Below are positions 8,979-17,019 of a stretch of 51,910 nt of DNA, in pieces; position 1 is the stretch's first letter, and each line of letters begins with the position of its first letter. A program made the translations under genes and the position numbers. The stretch is from Acidimicrobiales bacterium (GTDB taxonomy: Bacteria; Actinomycetota; Acidimicrobiia; Acidimicrobiales; SHLQ01), in the NCBI GenBank assembly GCA_004282895.1, contig SHLQ01000002.1:1-51910 (forward strand). Direction: 5' to 3'. A model generated the notes under the pieces. The model saw nothing but the letters and a program-made list of their open reading frames with translations. It did not search any database and was not told where the DNA came from.

Positions 8979-9821
8979 TCAGTGACGTTCGCCGATCGTG
9001 GTGCGATGAAGCAGCCGGTCGTGGCCGTCGTAACCACCGGTCGCGCGATGCAACACGCTCCTGTTGTCCCACATCACGAGCATGTTCGGTTGCCACCGAT
9101 GTTTGTAGACGAAGCGGTCCTGGGTCTGATGATGATAGAGCTCCACAAGGAGGTGTTGTGCTTCGTCAGCCTCGACCCCGTCGATGTCGACGATGTAGCC
9201 GGCCGTGCTGAAGATCCCGAGCCGTCCGGTCTCCGGGTGGGCCCGAATGATCGGATGCAGCTGAGAGTCGATGGCGGTCTCCGAGGGGCGGATGTCCATG
9301 CTTCGATCTGGCGCGTCGTTGTCGCCATAGAAGCCAGCCGGAGCGTAGGCGTTACGCGCCGAGTGCACCGCCATGAGCCCTTCCAGCCGGCTGCGCAGTT
9401 CGTCGGGCATCTCGTCCAGGGCGAGGTGTTGGTCGGCAAACCAGGTGTCGCCCCCGACCGGGGGGATGTCGATGCCGAACAGGCAGGTGCCGGCCGGCGG
9501 TACCTTCTGGAAGCTCCAGTCACTGTGCCAGTTGTCGGCGAAGAGCGGGGACGTCTCATCGGCCCGGCGCGACACCGCAATGATGTGGTCCCGGCCGGGA
9601 ATCGTCGCGATGTAGGGGTCGTCCCCGAACGGTCCGAAGTAGAGCGTGAACCGTTCGAGATCATCGTCGTCCATCGGCTGGTCCGGAAACGCGACCACAT
9701 GATGTTCCAGCCATGCCGCCCGAATGTCTGCCACCTCGCGCTCGCTCAGGGGTTCGGTGAGATCGACGCCGGTCACGGTTCCACCGCAGGCCTGGCCGCT
9801 CGGCCTGACAACGATTGTCAT
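8979..9821 (-). CDS. TauD/TfdA family Fe(II)/2-oxoglutarate dioxygenase
   Basis: 280 aa. Motifs WHSDWSF (HxD), GGDTWFAD and MWDNRSVLHRAT are hallmark TauD motifs. Confidence 0.85.
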   Translation of the reverse strand: MTIVVRPSGQACGGTVTGVDLTEPLSEREVADIRAAWLEHHVVAFPDQPMDDDDLERFTLYFGPFGDDPYIATIPGRDHIIAVSRRADETSPLFADNWHSDWSFQKVPPAGTCLFGIDIPPVGGDTWFADQHLALDEMPDELRSRLEGLMAVHSARNAYAPAGFYGDNDAPDRSMDIRPSETAIDSQLHPIIRAHPETGRLGIFSTAGYIVDIDGVEADEAQHLLVELYHHQTQDRFVYKHRWQPNMLVMWDNRSVLHRATGGYDGHDRLLHRTTIGERH

Positions 9822-9850
9822 GGTCCAGACCCTACGCGTAACGTCGCGGT

Positions 9851-11011
9851 GTGGACCACAAGGATGAAGGCTTCGAAGTGCTCGAGGACTTCGAGCGGTT
9901 CAGCCAGGTCAACGACGTCTTCTCCCGGTCGTTCTGGGACGATCGAATTCGCACCCGCAAGTCGGACCGCTTTTATGCGACCTATCGTCGACCGCTCGAC
10001 AACTGGCGCAAGGCCAACGGGTTCACGCAACGCGACTATGCCCTACGGAATGCCTCCTGGCATGTCAGCGACGTCTTCACCGAGATGTACGAGGACCAAG
10101 GCCGCCGCGACGGCTTCCTCGACCCCTTGTCCATGCTTCGGGATGGCGCCGCCGAGAAACTCCCACCCGAGTCACCAGAGGCAGGGGCATCCGACATCAA
10201 GCTGGCGGGCAAGACATTCGGCGCCGACCTGGTGGGGATTACGGCATATGACGATCGCTGGGTGTACACCGATCGATTCAGTCACCAGACAGGCGAGGCG
10301 AAACCCAATGATCTGCCCGACGGACTGACAAGCGTCATCGTCATCGGCCAGTCGATGGACGGCAAGCTGATCCAGACGGCGCCGTCGGCGCTGGCGGGCA
10401 CCGCGACTGGTCTCGGCTATTCCCAGGACGCGGCGGTGCTGCTTGGTATTGCCCAGTACATCCGCAACCTCGGGTACGAAGCCGTCCCGTCAATGAACGA
10501 CACGGCGCTGGCGATCCCTCTGGCACTCGCCGCCGGCCTGGGCGAGTACGGCCGGCACGGCATGGTGATCACGCCCGAGTTCGGAGCCCGTCTGCGGTTC
10601 GGCAAGATCTTCACCGACATGCCGCTGGCCCATGATGCGCCGAAACGGTTTGGGGTGCGTGAGTTCTGCGAGCAATGTGACCGGTGCGCCGGAGCGTGCC
10701 CGGCCCGGGCGATTCCGCATGGCGAACCGGTTTCCGTGGCGCTCAATCCTTCGGGGCTGAAGGGGGTGCGCAAATGGTCGGTCGATGGTGAAGCCTGTTT
10801 TGGGTATTGGTCGAAGATCAACTCGGATTGCGCCATTTGTGTGCGCGTCTGTCCGTTCACTCGGGACTATTCAAAGCGACGTCATCGGCTGTGGCGTCGT
10901 CTCGCCGGAACTGGCCTACGGGGCGTGATGCTCAAGCTCGACGACCGCCTTGGTGGCGGAAAGCGGCTGAAGCCCAAGGAATGGTGGGGCGCAGACCGAA
11001 CTAGGGCTTGA
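9851..11011 (+). CDS. Reductive dehalogenase (RdhA)-family / QueG-related corrinoid-type 4Fe-4S protein, no Tat or Sec signal
   Basis: 386 aa with a GTG start. Two ferredoxin-type motifs lie near the C-terminus: CEQCDRCAGACPARAI and C-x11-CAICVRVCPF. The N-terminus (FERFSQVNDVFSRSFWD) is RdhA-like. I see no twin-arginine leader. Confidence 0.6.
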   Translation: MDHKDEGFEVLEDFERFSQVNDVFSRSFWDDRIRTRKSDRFYATYRRPLDNWRKANGFTQRDYALRNASWHVSDVFTEMYEDQGRRDGFLDPLSMLRDGAAEKLPPESPEAGASDIKLAGKTFGADLVGITAYDDRWVYTDRFSHQTGEAKPNDLPDGLTSVIVIGQSMDGKLIQTAPSALAGTATGLGYSQDAAVLLGIAQYIRNLGYEAVPSMNDTALAIPLALAAGLGEYGRHGMVITPEFGARLRFGKIFTDMPLAHDAPKRFGVREFCEQCDRCAGACPARAIPHGEPVSVALNPSGLKGVRKWSVDGEACFGYWSKINSDCAICVRVCPFTRDYSKRRHRLWRRLAGTGLRGVMLKLDDRLGGGKRLKPKEWWGADRTRA

Positions 11012-12038
11012 GCACGAGTACGGCCCTTGCGCCCATGAATCCCAACACGAGGGCACCAGCCACGAGTGGTGGAACCGTGGACTCCGATGAACCCGAGCTC
11101 GGTGTCGCCGCTATCTGCTGGCTCTCAAGGTCCTCGACGGCTACCGCGAAGGCGAGCGCCTCCTGCTCCATCACTTCTTGGGGGTCGATCGGCGTGGTCG
11201 GGGCATCGGTCGGCTTCGGGGCGACCGGAGCGGCCGGTTCGACAACCGTGGTGGTGGGTACTGACACGAGGTTGGCGTCGGCCACCACCGAGACGGGTTC
11301 CACGGTTGTGGTGGGGGCAACCGTTGTGGTGGGGGCAACAGTTGTGGTGGACTGCGCCGGAGCGGTCGTGGTTGTTGTGGGAGCGATCATCAGGATCGAG
11401 TCGGTTGTGGAAGGCTCGGTGTTCTTCGGCACGGTTGTGGTTGGTGCGGTCGTCGAAGGGGCAGTGGTGATCTGCAACGGAACAGTCGTTGTGGTCGTGG
11501 AGTTTGACGAGATGAACGGTGCTGCAGTGGTCGTCGTGACCGGAGCTGGGATGGTCGTGGTAGTCGTCGCTGGCCGGAGGTGTTCCGGAAGCGCCTCGGG
11601 GAGGTAGACACCCTCGACCAAAGGAATGGTGGGCGGCGAGGTGTCGTCGTCATCGTCAACTTCGTCATCGTCATCGTCGGACGCATCAGCGACGGGATCG
11701 AAGACCTCGAAGTAGATCTCATGGTCGTCGCAGTCCCCGGAGATGTCACACACCGTGTACTCGAAGCCGTCAGCTCCAATGAAGCCGGGCTCGGGGGTGT
11801 AGGTGATCGTTCCGGTGGCCGTGTCGAAGTCGAGGGTCGCGTCCGTTGTGAACGGGACTTCTTCGATCGTGAGCGGATCGATGGTCTCACCGTCGTCGGC
11901 ATGCAACGCAGCGATATCGAAGCTGATGGGGGTGTCTACTGCCGTCTCCGCGGCGCTCTCGAGCGCACCAACCGAAACGGAGTCGACTCCGAGTAGAAAC
12001 GCCACCGCCAGCACAAGCCGCCAAACATGCGGACGCAT
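11001..12038 (-). CDS. Exported Thr/Pro-rich surface protein with a cadherin/Ig-like domain, a poly-Asp tract and a C-terminal TM anchor
   Basis: Signal-like N-terminus MRPHVWRLVLAVAFLLG (ATG 12038; a GTG alternative at 12068). An Ig-like module (TGTITYTPEPGFIGADGFEYTV) is followed by DDDDDEVDDDDD, a long T/P/A/V low-complexity region and a hydrophobic C-terminus (LVAGALVLGFMGARAVLVL). Confidence 0.65.
   Translation of the reverse strand: MRPHVWRLVLAVAFLLGVDSVSVGALESAAETAVDTPISFDIAALHADDGETIDPLTIEEVPFTTDATLDFDTATGTITYTPEPGFIGADGFEYTVCDISGDCDDHEIYFEVFDPVADASDDDDDEVDDDDDTSPPTIPLVEGVYLPEALPEHLRPATTTTTIPAPVTTTTAAPFISSNSTTTTTVPLQITTAPSTTAPTTTVPKNTEPSTTDSILMIAPTTTTTAPAQSTTTVAPTTTVAPTTTVEPVSVVADANLVSVPTTTVVEPAAPVAPKPTDAPTTPIDPQEVMEQEALAFAVAVEDLESQQIAATPSSGSSESTVPPLVAGALVLGFMGARAVLVLKP
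11305..11350. repeat. 18-nt tandem repeat (about 2.5 units: GTTGTGGTGGGGGCAACC / GTTGTGGTGGGGGCAACA / GTTGTGGTGG) inside the Thr-rich linker
   Basis: Read directly from the sequence. It encodes TTVAPT units on the minus strand (…APTTTVAPTTTVEP…). Confidence 0.7.
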
Positions 12039-12177
12039 CAAGCCTCGCTTTCCACCAGAATGCCTCACTGACGATCTGTCACTGAGTCCGCTGACCGATT
12101 CGTCGGCCCCAAATGCTCAGTTCTTGAATCTCGATGGTGGAAATGGGCCGTACGGCGCAGAACGACTCGACTGGGTC

Positions 12178-12705
12178 TCAGACACCAGCCGCGAACGTGA
12201 TCGCGGTGACAATCAGACCGACAAGCAGGACGCCGTAGGCGACGTTGATCAGCCGATACTTCCGGGCGAGCACGTTGCCCATCTGATGCAGATCCTCGGT
12301 GAGGTATTCGTAGATCCCCGCGTCGCTACTGACGATTGCTGCCATCTCTCGCTGGAACTCGGCGGAGGTGAGTTTGCTGTGTGCGCCGAAGAACAAGATG
12401 TTCGGCGTCACATGTTCGCTCGACGGACGGAGGCGCGGTAGCAGGGCGAGGACACCGGCGCCGCCGGACAGACCAACGGTTAGTGCCATGACAACGAGCG
12501 GCAGTTCCGGGTCGCTCGCAAGGGGGGCAATCAAGCCCATCGAAACAATGGCTGCACCGACGAGGATGCTTGCCTTTTGGTCGGCAATGGCCGACAGCTG
12601 GAGATGGTTTGTTTGCATCGAGCGGAACATCGCGTCGATGGTCGGGCTCGGGGTCATGGTCCAAAGACCATCGCCGGTGGCGTCCTCGTTGCGATCGTCC
12701 GTCAT
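12178..12705 (-). CDS. DUF5706 / Pycsar-effector-like (PycTM-type) 3-TM membrane protein, stand-alone
   Basis: 175 aa. The pattern is ...LSAIADQKASILVGAAIVSMGLI (TM1), TM2, LLPRLRPSSEHVTPNILFFGAHSKLTSAEFQ, then a C-terminal TM. This matches my recollection of the PF18967 layout (ADxKA...two TM...PR(L/V)...N-hydrophobic-x-FFG...one TM). Confidence 0.55.
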   Translation of the reverse strand: MTDDRNEDATGDGLWTMTPSPTIDAMFRSMQTNHLQLSAIADQKASILVGAAIVSMGLIAPLASDPELPLVVMALTVGLSGGAGVLALLPRLRPSSEHVTPNILFFGAHSKLTSAEFQREMAAIVSSDAGIYEYLTEDLHQMGNVLARKYRLINVAYGVLLVGLIVTAITFAAGV

Positions 12706-12711
12706 GGGTCA

Positions 12712-13380
12712 ATGCTGGCAACAGTGTTGCCAACCGTCCAACTGAACGTGCATTCTGCTTCTGTGACTGCTTGGCTCGATCTCCCCACAGGGCGCTTCAC
12801 CATGGGTTCCAACGACTTCGTCGGCCAGCCTGACGATGACGAAGGCCCGACCCGCGAGGTAACCGTTGGTGCGTTCCGACTCTCCGCCGAGCCGGTCACG
12901 GTCGGCGAGTTCGCTGCGTTTGTCGACGCCAGCGCATACGAGACGACGGCGGAACGGGAGGGTTCGGGTTTCGTTGGCCGTTTCCCGGATCTCGAGCTCG
13001 TCGAAGGAGCGAGCTGGCGACGACCAAACGGGCCGAGTTCGGAAGTGGTACCGACGAGTCCCGTGACCCAGGTTTCCTGGTCCGATGCCTTCGAATACTG
13101 CCTTTGGAGTCACGGGGCGCTGCCGTCGGAAGCGCAGTGGGCGTACGCCTCCTCGTTGGCCGCTGATGGCGATGCTCCCATTCATGGCGAGCTGTGGCAG
13201 TGGTGTGCGGACTACTACGATGAGTCGTTCTTCCGCCGCGAACAACGGGTCAATCCGACCGGTCCGAACGGTGGTTCGCTACGGGTGGCGCGTGGTGGTT
13301 CGGATCGGCGTACCGCTCGGGCCGCTCTCTACCCCGACTTTGGTTCAAGCGATCTGACGTTTCGGGTGGTCAAGACGTGA
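12712..13380 (+). CDS. Formylglycine-generating enzyme (FGE-sulfatase/SUMF1) family protein
   Basis: FTMGSNDF...DEGPTREVTVGAFRLSAEPVTVGEFAAFV, PVTQVSWSDAFEYCLW, WQWCADYY and RVARGGS are typical FGE-sulfatase domain motifs. I chose the ATG at 12712; the ORF frame opens at 12577. Confidence 0.8.
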   Translation: MLATVLPTVQLNVHSASVTAWLDLPTGRFTMGSNDFVGQPDDDEGPTREVTVGAFRLSAEPVTVGEFAAFVDASAYETTAEREGSGFVGRFPDLELVEGASWRRPNGPSSEVVPTSPVTQVSWSDAFEYCLWSHGALPSEAQWAYASSLAADGDAPIHGELWQWCADYYDESFFRREQRVNPTGPNGGSLRVARGGSDRRTARAALYPDFGSSDLTFRVVKT

Positions 13381-13404
13381 AACCGCGGCGGCGGGATGAC
13401 GAAT

Positions 13405-13848
13405 CTAGCGCCGGGCGTTGTCGTACAGCTCGACGAAGTCTTCCAGCGAGGTGTGAGCGATCGCCTCACCGATGACCTCGAGTGGGAGGTTCTCGAGCTT
13501 CTTGAATCGCACGCAACTCTTGCCCATGTCGAGCTTCTTGCCGGTCGCTTTGTAGGCGTCCAGAAACCATTCGGTGATCTCTGGGTCGGCGTAGACGTTG
13601 CTGAGATACACAGCCATGTGGTTTTTCTGCGACGCCAGCCCGGCGTACATGAGCGGTTTGCCGTTGTACGTGTCGGGCACCGTCTTCAGCGGGATCTCAT
13701 AGGTGATCATGCCCCAGTTCATCGTCTCGACGATCCCCTTGGGCAGGTTCTTGCGGATAACCGCCCGCACCTTGGAGATGGCCTTTCGACGTTCCTCCGG
13801 CAGCTCGGCCAGGTAGTCCTTCACTGTTGTTGCACTGCTCTGCACCAT
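13405..13848 (-). CDS. DUF1801 (YdhG-like) domain protein
   Basis: 147 aa. The N-terminus (VKDYLAELPEERRKAISKVRAVIRKNLP) and the small size fit the DUF1801 family. Confidence 0.75.
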   Translation of the reverse strand: MVQSSATTVKDYLAELPEERRKAISKVRAVIRKNLPKGIVETMNWGMITYEIPLKTVPDTYNGKPLMYAGLASQKNHMAVYLSNVYADPEITEWFLDAYKATGKKLDMGKSCVRFKKLENLPLEVIGEAIAHTSLEDFVELYDNARR

Positions 13849-14005
13849 GTGTGCCCCGTCTCGTTTCGACCTCTCTCAAGAATGTAGTCATCCGGTCTGA
13901 CAGCGGCCCGCCTGAGTCCCAGCCACGAAAAGAATCGGGAAAAGATGTGTCAGCGACTGCGGGGTGGGCACATAAAGGGTTGAAAGCATCGACACGAGAG
14001 AGACC

Positions 14006-14413
14006 GTGCTGAAACTAACAACGACCATGATTACAACGCTCGCACTGATCTTCGCGCTGGCTGCGCCAGCCGGAGCGGAGAAACCTCCGAAGGTGCAAGC
14101 GAGTGCAACCTTTCCGGATGTGAACGCCTGCACCGGAGAGGATGAGCTCATCACATTGAGCTGGACGATCACGGTGCATGAGAATCGCCGGAATTCCGTG
14201 GCGACGTTCAAGACCGTCGTCGAGACGACCTCCGGGTTCTACGGAACGGGCACGGAGACCCAGGTCATCACCGGTGAAAAACAGCTCAATACGTTCAACA
14301 TCAGGATCACGAACGGCGAACAAGTAGCCACGGTGAAAGGACACCGCCGGATCGACCTGGCGGCTGGTGAGATCGTGACGAACAACTTCCGCAGCACGTG
14401 CGTTAGGGCCTGA
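14006..14413 (+). CDS. Small secreted hypothetical protein (signal peptide, two Cys)
   Basis: Signal MLKLTTTMITTLALIFALAAPAGA|EKPP. The mature part is about 110 aa and beta-rich, with Cys near each end. I recognise no family. Start is GTG 14006 or ATG 14027. Confidence 0.55.
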   Translation: MLKLTTTMITTLALIFALAAPAGAEKPPKVQASATFPDVNACTGEDELITLSWTITVHENRRNSVATFKTVVETTSGFYGTGTETQVITGEKQLNTFNIRITNGEQVATVKGHRRIDLAAGEIVTNNFRSTCVRA

Positions 14414-14452
14414 TTCGACGGATCGGTGCGAGAAAGGCAACGGTAGGACTGC

Positions 14453-14974
14453 ATGACGACGGAGGCAGCATTCGATGAGATGTTTCGGCGCTTCGAGCCG
14501 AACGTCTATGCGTATTGCGCTCGGAGGTTCTCTCCGTCGTTGGCCGAGGATGTCACCGCTGAAGTCTTCGGCATCGCTTGGGCCAAGTTCGACGACGCCC
14601 CCTTCGGTGGCGAGGCCCTACCGTGGCTCTACCGCATCGCCTTTCTCACCGCCTCGAATCAACGACGGCGTCTTGGGGCGAGACGCCGCTACGAGGAAGG
14701 TTTCTCACCGATCCGGCGAACGACCGCCGTCAGTGATCACGTTGTAGTTCGAGACGAGCTCCGCGCCGTGCTCGACGGCCTGGAGCGCTTGCGCTCAAAG
14801 GATCAGGAAGTCCTGCGCCTGGCTGCGTGGGAAGGTCTTGAGACCAGCGAGATCGCCACGGTCTTGGGAGTCAAGCCTGATGCGGCGGCGCAGCGTCTGC
14901 ATCGAGCGAGAGAGCGCCTGGCGCGGGAAGTGGCGAGCCGAACTGGCGGACGCAGAAGGAGGGCAGTGCGATGA
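14453..14974 (+). CDS. ECF (sigma-70 group IV) RNA polymerase sigma factor
   Basis: Region 2 (VYAYCARRFSPSLAEDVTAEVFGIAW...WLYRIAFLTASNQRR) and region 4 (DQEVLRLAAWEGLETSEIATVLGVKPDAAAQRLHRARERL). Confidence 0.85.
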   Translation: MTTEAAFDEMFRRFEPNVYAYCARRFSPSLAEDVTAEVFGIAWAKFDDAPFGGEALPWLYRIAFLTASNQRRRLGARRRYEEGFSPIRRTTAVSDHVVVRDELRAVLDGLERLRSKDQEVLRLAAWEGLETSEIATVLGVKPDAAAQRLHRARERLAREVASRTGGRRRRAVR

Positions 14975-16107
14975 CCAACCACAACAACGTCATGGCGCTG
15001 TTGGCCGAAGCCAACCCAATTCCCGATCCCGCTGCGCTCGAACGCCGCGAAGCTTTCAACCCTGCTGGCCTCGTCGACGTATCGCCTGCGACACAACTAG
15101 AGCTGAGACCTGGTGGCGTGCGATGGGCTCTCGTCTCCGCAGTCGTCGCCGTCGTGCTGGCCATATCCGTCTTCGTGGCCACCCGATCCACGACGGTCGA
15201 CCCGGTCGAGACCATCCCCGGGCCCACTCTTCCCACAACGCCAGCGCCGACCAGCGAACCGCCGGCGTCTGAGCCCGCGACAGAGCCAGAATCGCTCGAG
15301 GGAGCGTGGGATGCGTTCTCGTACAGCCTTGTGCTCATAGACGGGCGCTACGCGATCACCACGACCGACTTGGCGGTGGACGGCGGTACCTACATCTATG
15401 AAGACGATGAGCTGGCCCTGGTTTCTGATGATTCGTCGGCGTCGTGCGCTGTCGGGTCGGAGGCTCGTTTCACCGTCGATTTGAGCGCTGCCGAACTCGG
15501 ATTGGAGCCGCTCGATGACGACTGCGGTCTGGATCGAGGCCTCGGGGTGGGATCGAAGTCACTTCAGCGGGGTGAGGCGACCGACCTTCCTCCTTCGGCA
15601 CTCGACGTCGCTCGTCCGCTTAGTCAACTCTCGGGACCCGGGCTCTATGAGAGCCAGCGGTTCTCTCCGGGTTTCTCCGTAGTTCTACCGCGAGGGTGGG
15701 ACTTCCACGCGGGTCCCTTGTCGCCGGACGTCGACTACTCGACATCGGTCAACGATAGCCAAACGTTGATCGTCTGGTACCGGCACCAAGTGGAGAGCCC
15801 CGACGACGTTCATGATCTGTTTGCCAGCCATCCTGTCGTCGAAGTGGGAGAACCGCGACCAACGATGCTCGCGGGCGTCGAAGGAATCACTTTTGACTAC
15901 ATGTCACCGGGGCCCAACAACCTGCTCAACGCGCCGGGAATGGGCGCAGGGTCAATTGTGGGGCCGCCGGAAAACGTCTGGAGAACCTGGGCGCTGGATG
16001 TTGACGGTGTTGTCGTGACAATCGTCGTGTCGTTCGATCCCGATACGTTGCCGGAGAAGGCCGTCGAGGTCGAACAGATTCTCAACTCGATCATTTGGGA
16101 CGGCTAG
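14971..16107 (+). CDS. Single-pass membrane protein, putative cognate anti-sigma factor with a large extracytoplasmic domain
   Basis: Its start overlaps the sigma factor stop (ATGA at 14971..14974). N-terminal LLAEANPIPDPAAL is followed by a TM (WALVSAVVAVVLAISVFVA), a Pro/Thr linker and a domain of about 290 aa. There is no HxxxCxxC zinc anti-sigma motif. Confidence 0.6.
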   Translation: MTNHNNVMALLAEANPIPDPAALERREAFNPAGLVDVSPATQLELRPGGVRWALVSAVVAVVLAISVFVATRSTTVDPVETIPGPTLPTTPAPTSEPPASEPATEPESLEGAWDAFSYSLVLIDGRYAITTTDLAVDGGTYIYEDDELALVSDDSSASCAVGSEARFTVDLSAAELGLEPLDDDCGLDRGLGVGSKSLQRGEATDLPPSALDVARPLSQLSGPGLYESQRFSPGFSVVLPRGWDFHAGPLSPDVDYSTSVNDSQTLIVWYRHQVESPDDVHDLFASHPVVEVGEPRPTMLAGVEGITFDYMSPGPNNLLNAPGMGAGSIVGPPENVWRTWALDVDGVVVTIVVSFDPDTLPEKAVEVEQILNSIIWDG

Positions 16108-16149
16108 TCGCAAACGAGAGTCGGGCCACGCCTGGCATACGCTTGAGTC

Positions 16150-17019
16150 ATGGCCCGACTTGGCGACCGCCACCCTGAGGGGACCGCCGGCGACTGGTTC
16201 GTCGATACCCACTGTTTCGACTGTGACGCCGCCCGGAATGTGGCGCCGGGCCTGATTGCGCGAAATCCGGCCGATGGCGTCAGCCTGTTCGCCCGTCAGC
16301 CGGAGACACCCGAGGAAGTCGAGATGGCGTGGCGCGCCGTGATGGTGTGCCCGACCCGCTCGGTCGGTCACGTCACGCTCAAGCGGCCCGAATCGGCGGT
16401 CTTCCCCGAGGATCTGGGCGACGGCGTCTTTCGACTGGGTCACAACTCGAAGGACTCCTTTGGCGCCCACTCCTACCTGGTGCAGCGGGACCCGGGCAAC
16501 CTGATGATCGATGCGCCCCGCTGGACCCGTGACGTCTACGAGCCGCTCGACGAAATGGGGGGCCTGGCCCACATCCTCCTGAGTCACAGTGACGATGTGG
16601 CCGATGCCGATCGTTACGCCGAGCGCTACGGCGCGCGGGTATGGATCCACGAGGATGACAAGACCGCCGCGCCGTATGCATCGGACATTCTCGTCGGACG
16701 CGAGTCGACCGAGATCAGGAACGACGTCGTCGCGTTTCCCGTGCCCGGCCACACCAAGGGCAGCGTGTTGTACCTCGTCGACGGGCATCTGCTCTTCTCG
16801 GGGGACTCACTGTCATGGAGCCCCGAGCACGAGAACCTGATGGCGTTCCGGCGTGCCTGTTGGTACTCGTGGGATGAGCAGATGTTGTCGCTCGGTCGGT
16901 TTGCCCGCAGCGACCTGCGGTTCGATCGGCTGTTCTGCGGCCATGGCTGGAATCATGACGCGTCCGCAGCCGAGCTCAACGCACATGTACTCCACCTGGT
17001 ACGGCGGGGTTCGAGCTAG
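16150..17019 (+). CDS. MBL-fold metallo-hydrolase with an N-terminal ferredoxin-like Cys segment
   Basis: The N-terminus has DWFVDTHCFDCDAARNVAPGLI...MVCPTRSV (ferredoxin-like, 3 Cys). The MBL core has ILLSHSDDVADADRY (HxHxD-position variant SHSDD) and PVPGHTKGSV. Confidence 0.75.
   Translation: MARLGDRHPEGTAGDWFVDTHCFDCDAARNVAPGLIARNPADGVSLFARQPETPEEVEMAWRAVMVCPTRSVGHVTLKRPESAVFPEDLGDGVFRLGHNSKDSFGAHSYLVQRDPGNLMIDAPRWTRDVYEPLDEMGGLAHILLSHSDDVADADRYAERYGARVWIHEDDKTAAPYASDILVGRESTEIRNDVVAFPVPGHTKGSVLYLVDGHLLFSGDSLSWSPEHENLMAFRRACWYSWDEQMLSLGRFARSDLRFDRLFCGHGWNHDASAAELNAHVLHLVRRGSS

Noticed and set aside
8910-10328. Very long ORFs antisense to, or out of frame with, well-supported genes. Examples: 8910..10328(+), 36311..38005(-), 28947..30326(-), 6459..7523(-), 22635..23636(-), 50917..51900(+), 15952..16788(-), 30740..31627(-), 1026..1901(-).
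   Set aside because: They mirror CDSs that have clear family motifs. Their translations are Arg/Pro/Gly/His-rich low-complexity sequence typical of open alternative frames in high-GC DNA. They have no recognisable motifs.
11221-11700. Repetitive DNA (Thr- and Asp-codon runs here, at 24541..24650 and at 38990..39030), considered as a possible CRISPR or satellite array.
   Set aside because: The repeats are in-frame codon repeats inside CDS linkers. There is no repeat-spacer architecture and there are no cas genes.
13265-13278. A second LexA-like core, CGAAC-GGTG-GTTCG.
   Set aside because: It lies in the middle of the FGE-family CDS and lacks the outer T/A consensus positions. A GAAC-N4-GTTC core is expected by chance roughly once in a window of this size and composition.
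12178-13380. A complete Pycsar (cyclase plus effector) anti-phage system around the DUF5706-like gene.
   Set aside because: No nucleotide cyclase-like ORF is adjacent. The neighbours are an FGE-sulfatase-family gene and a surface protein. Only an orphan effector-like gene can be claimed.
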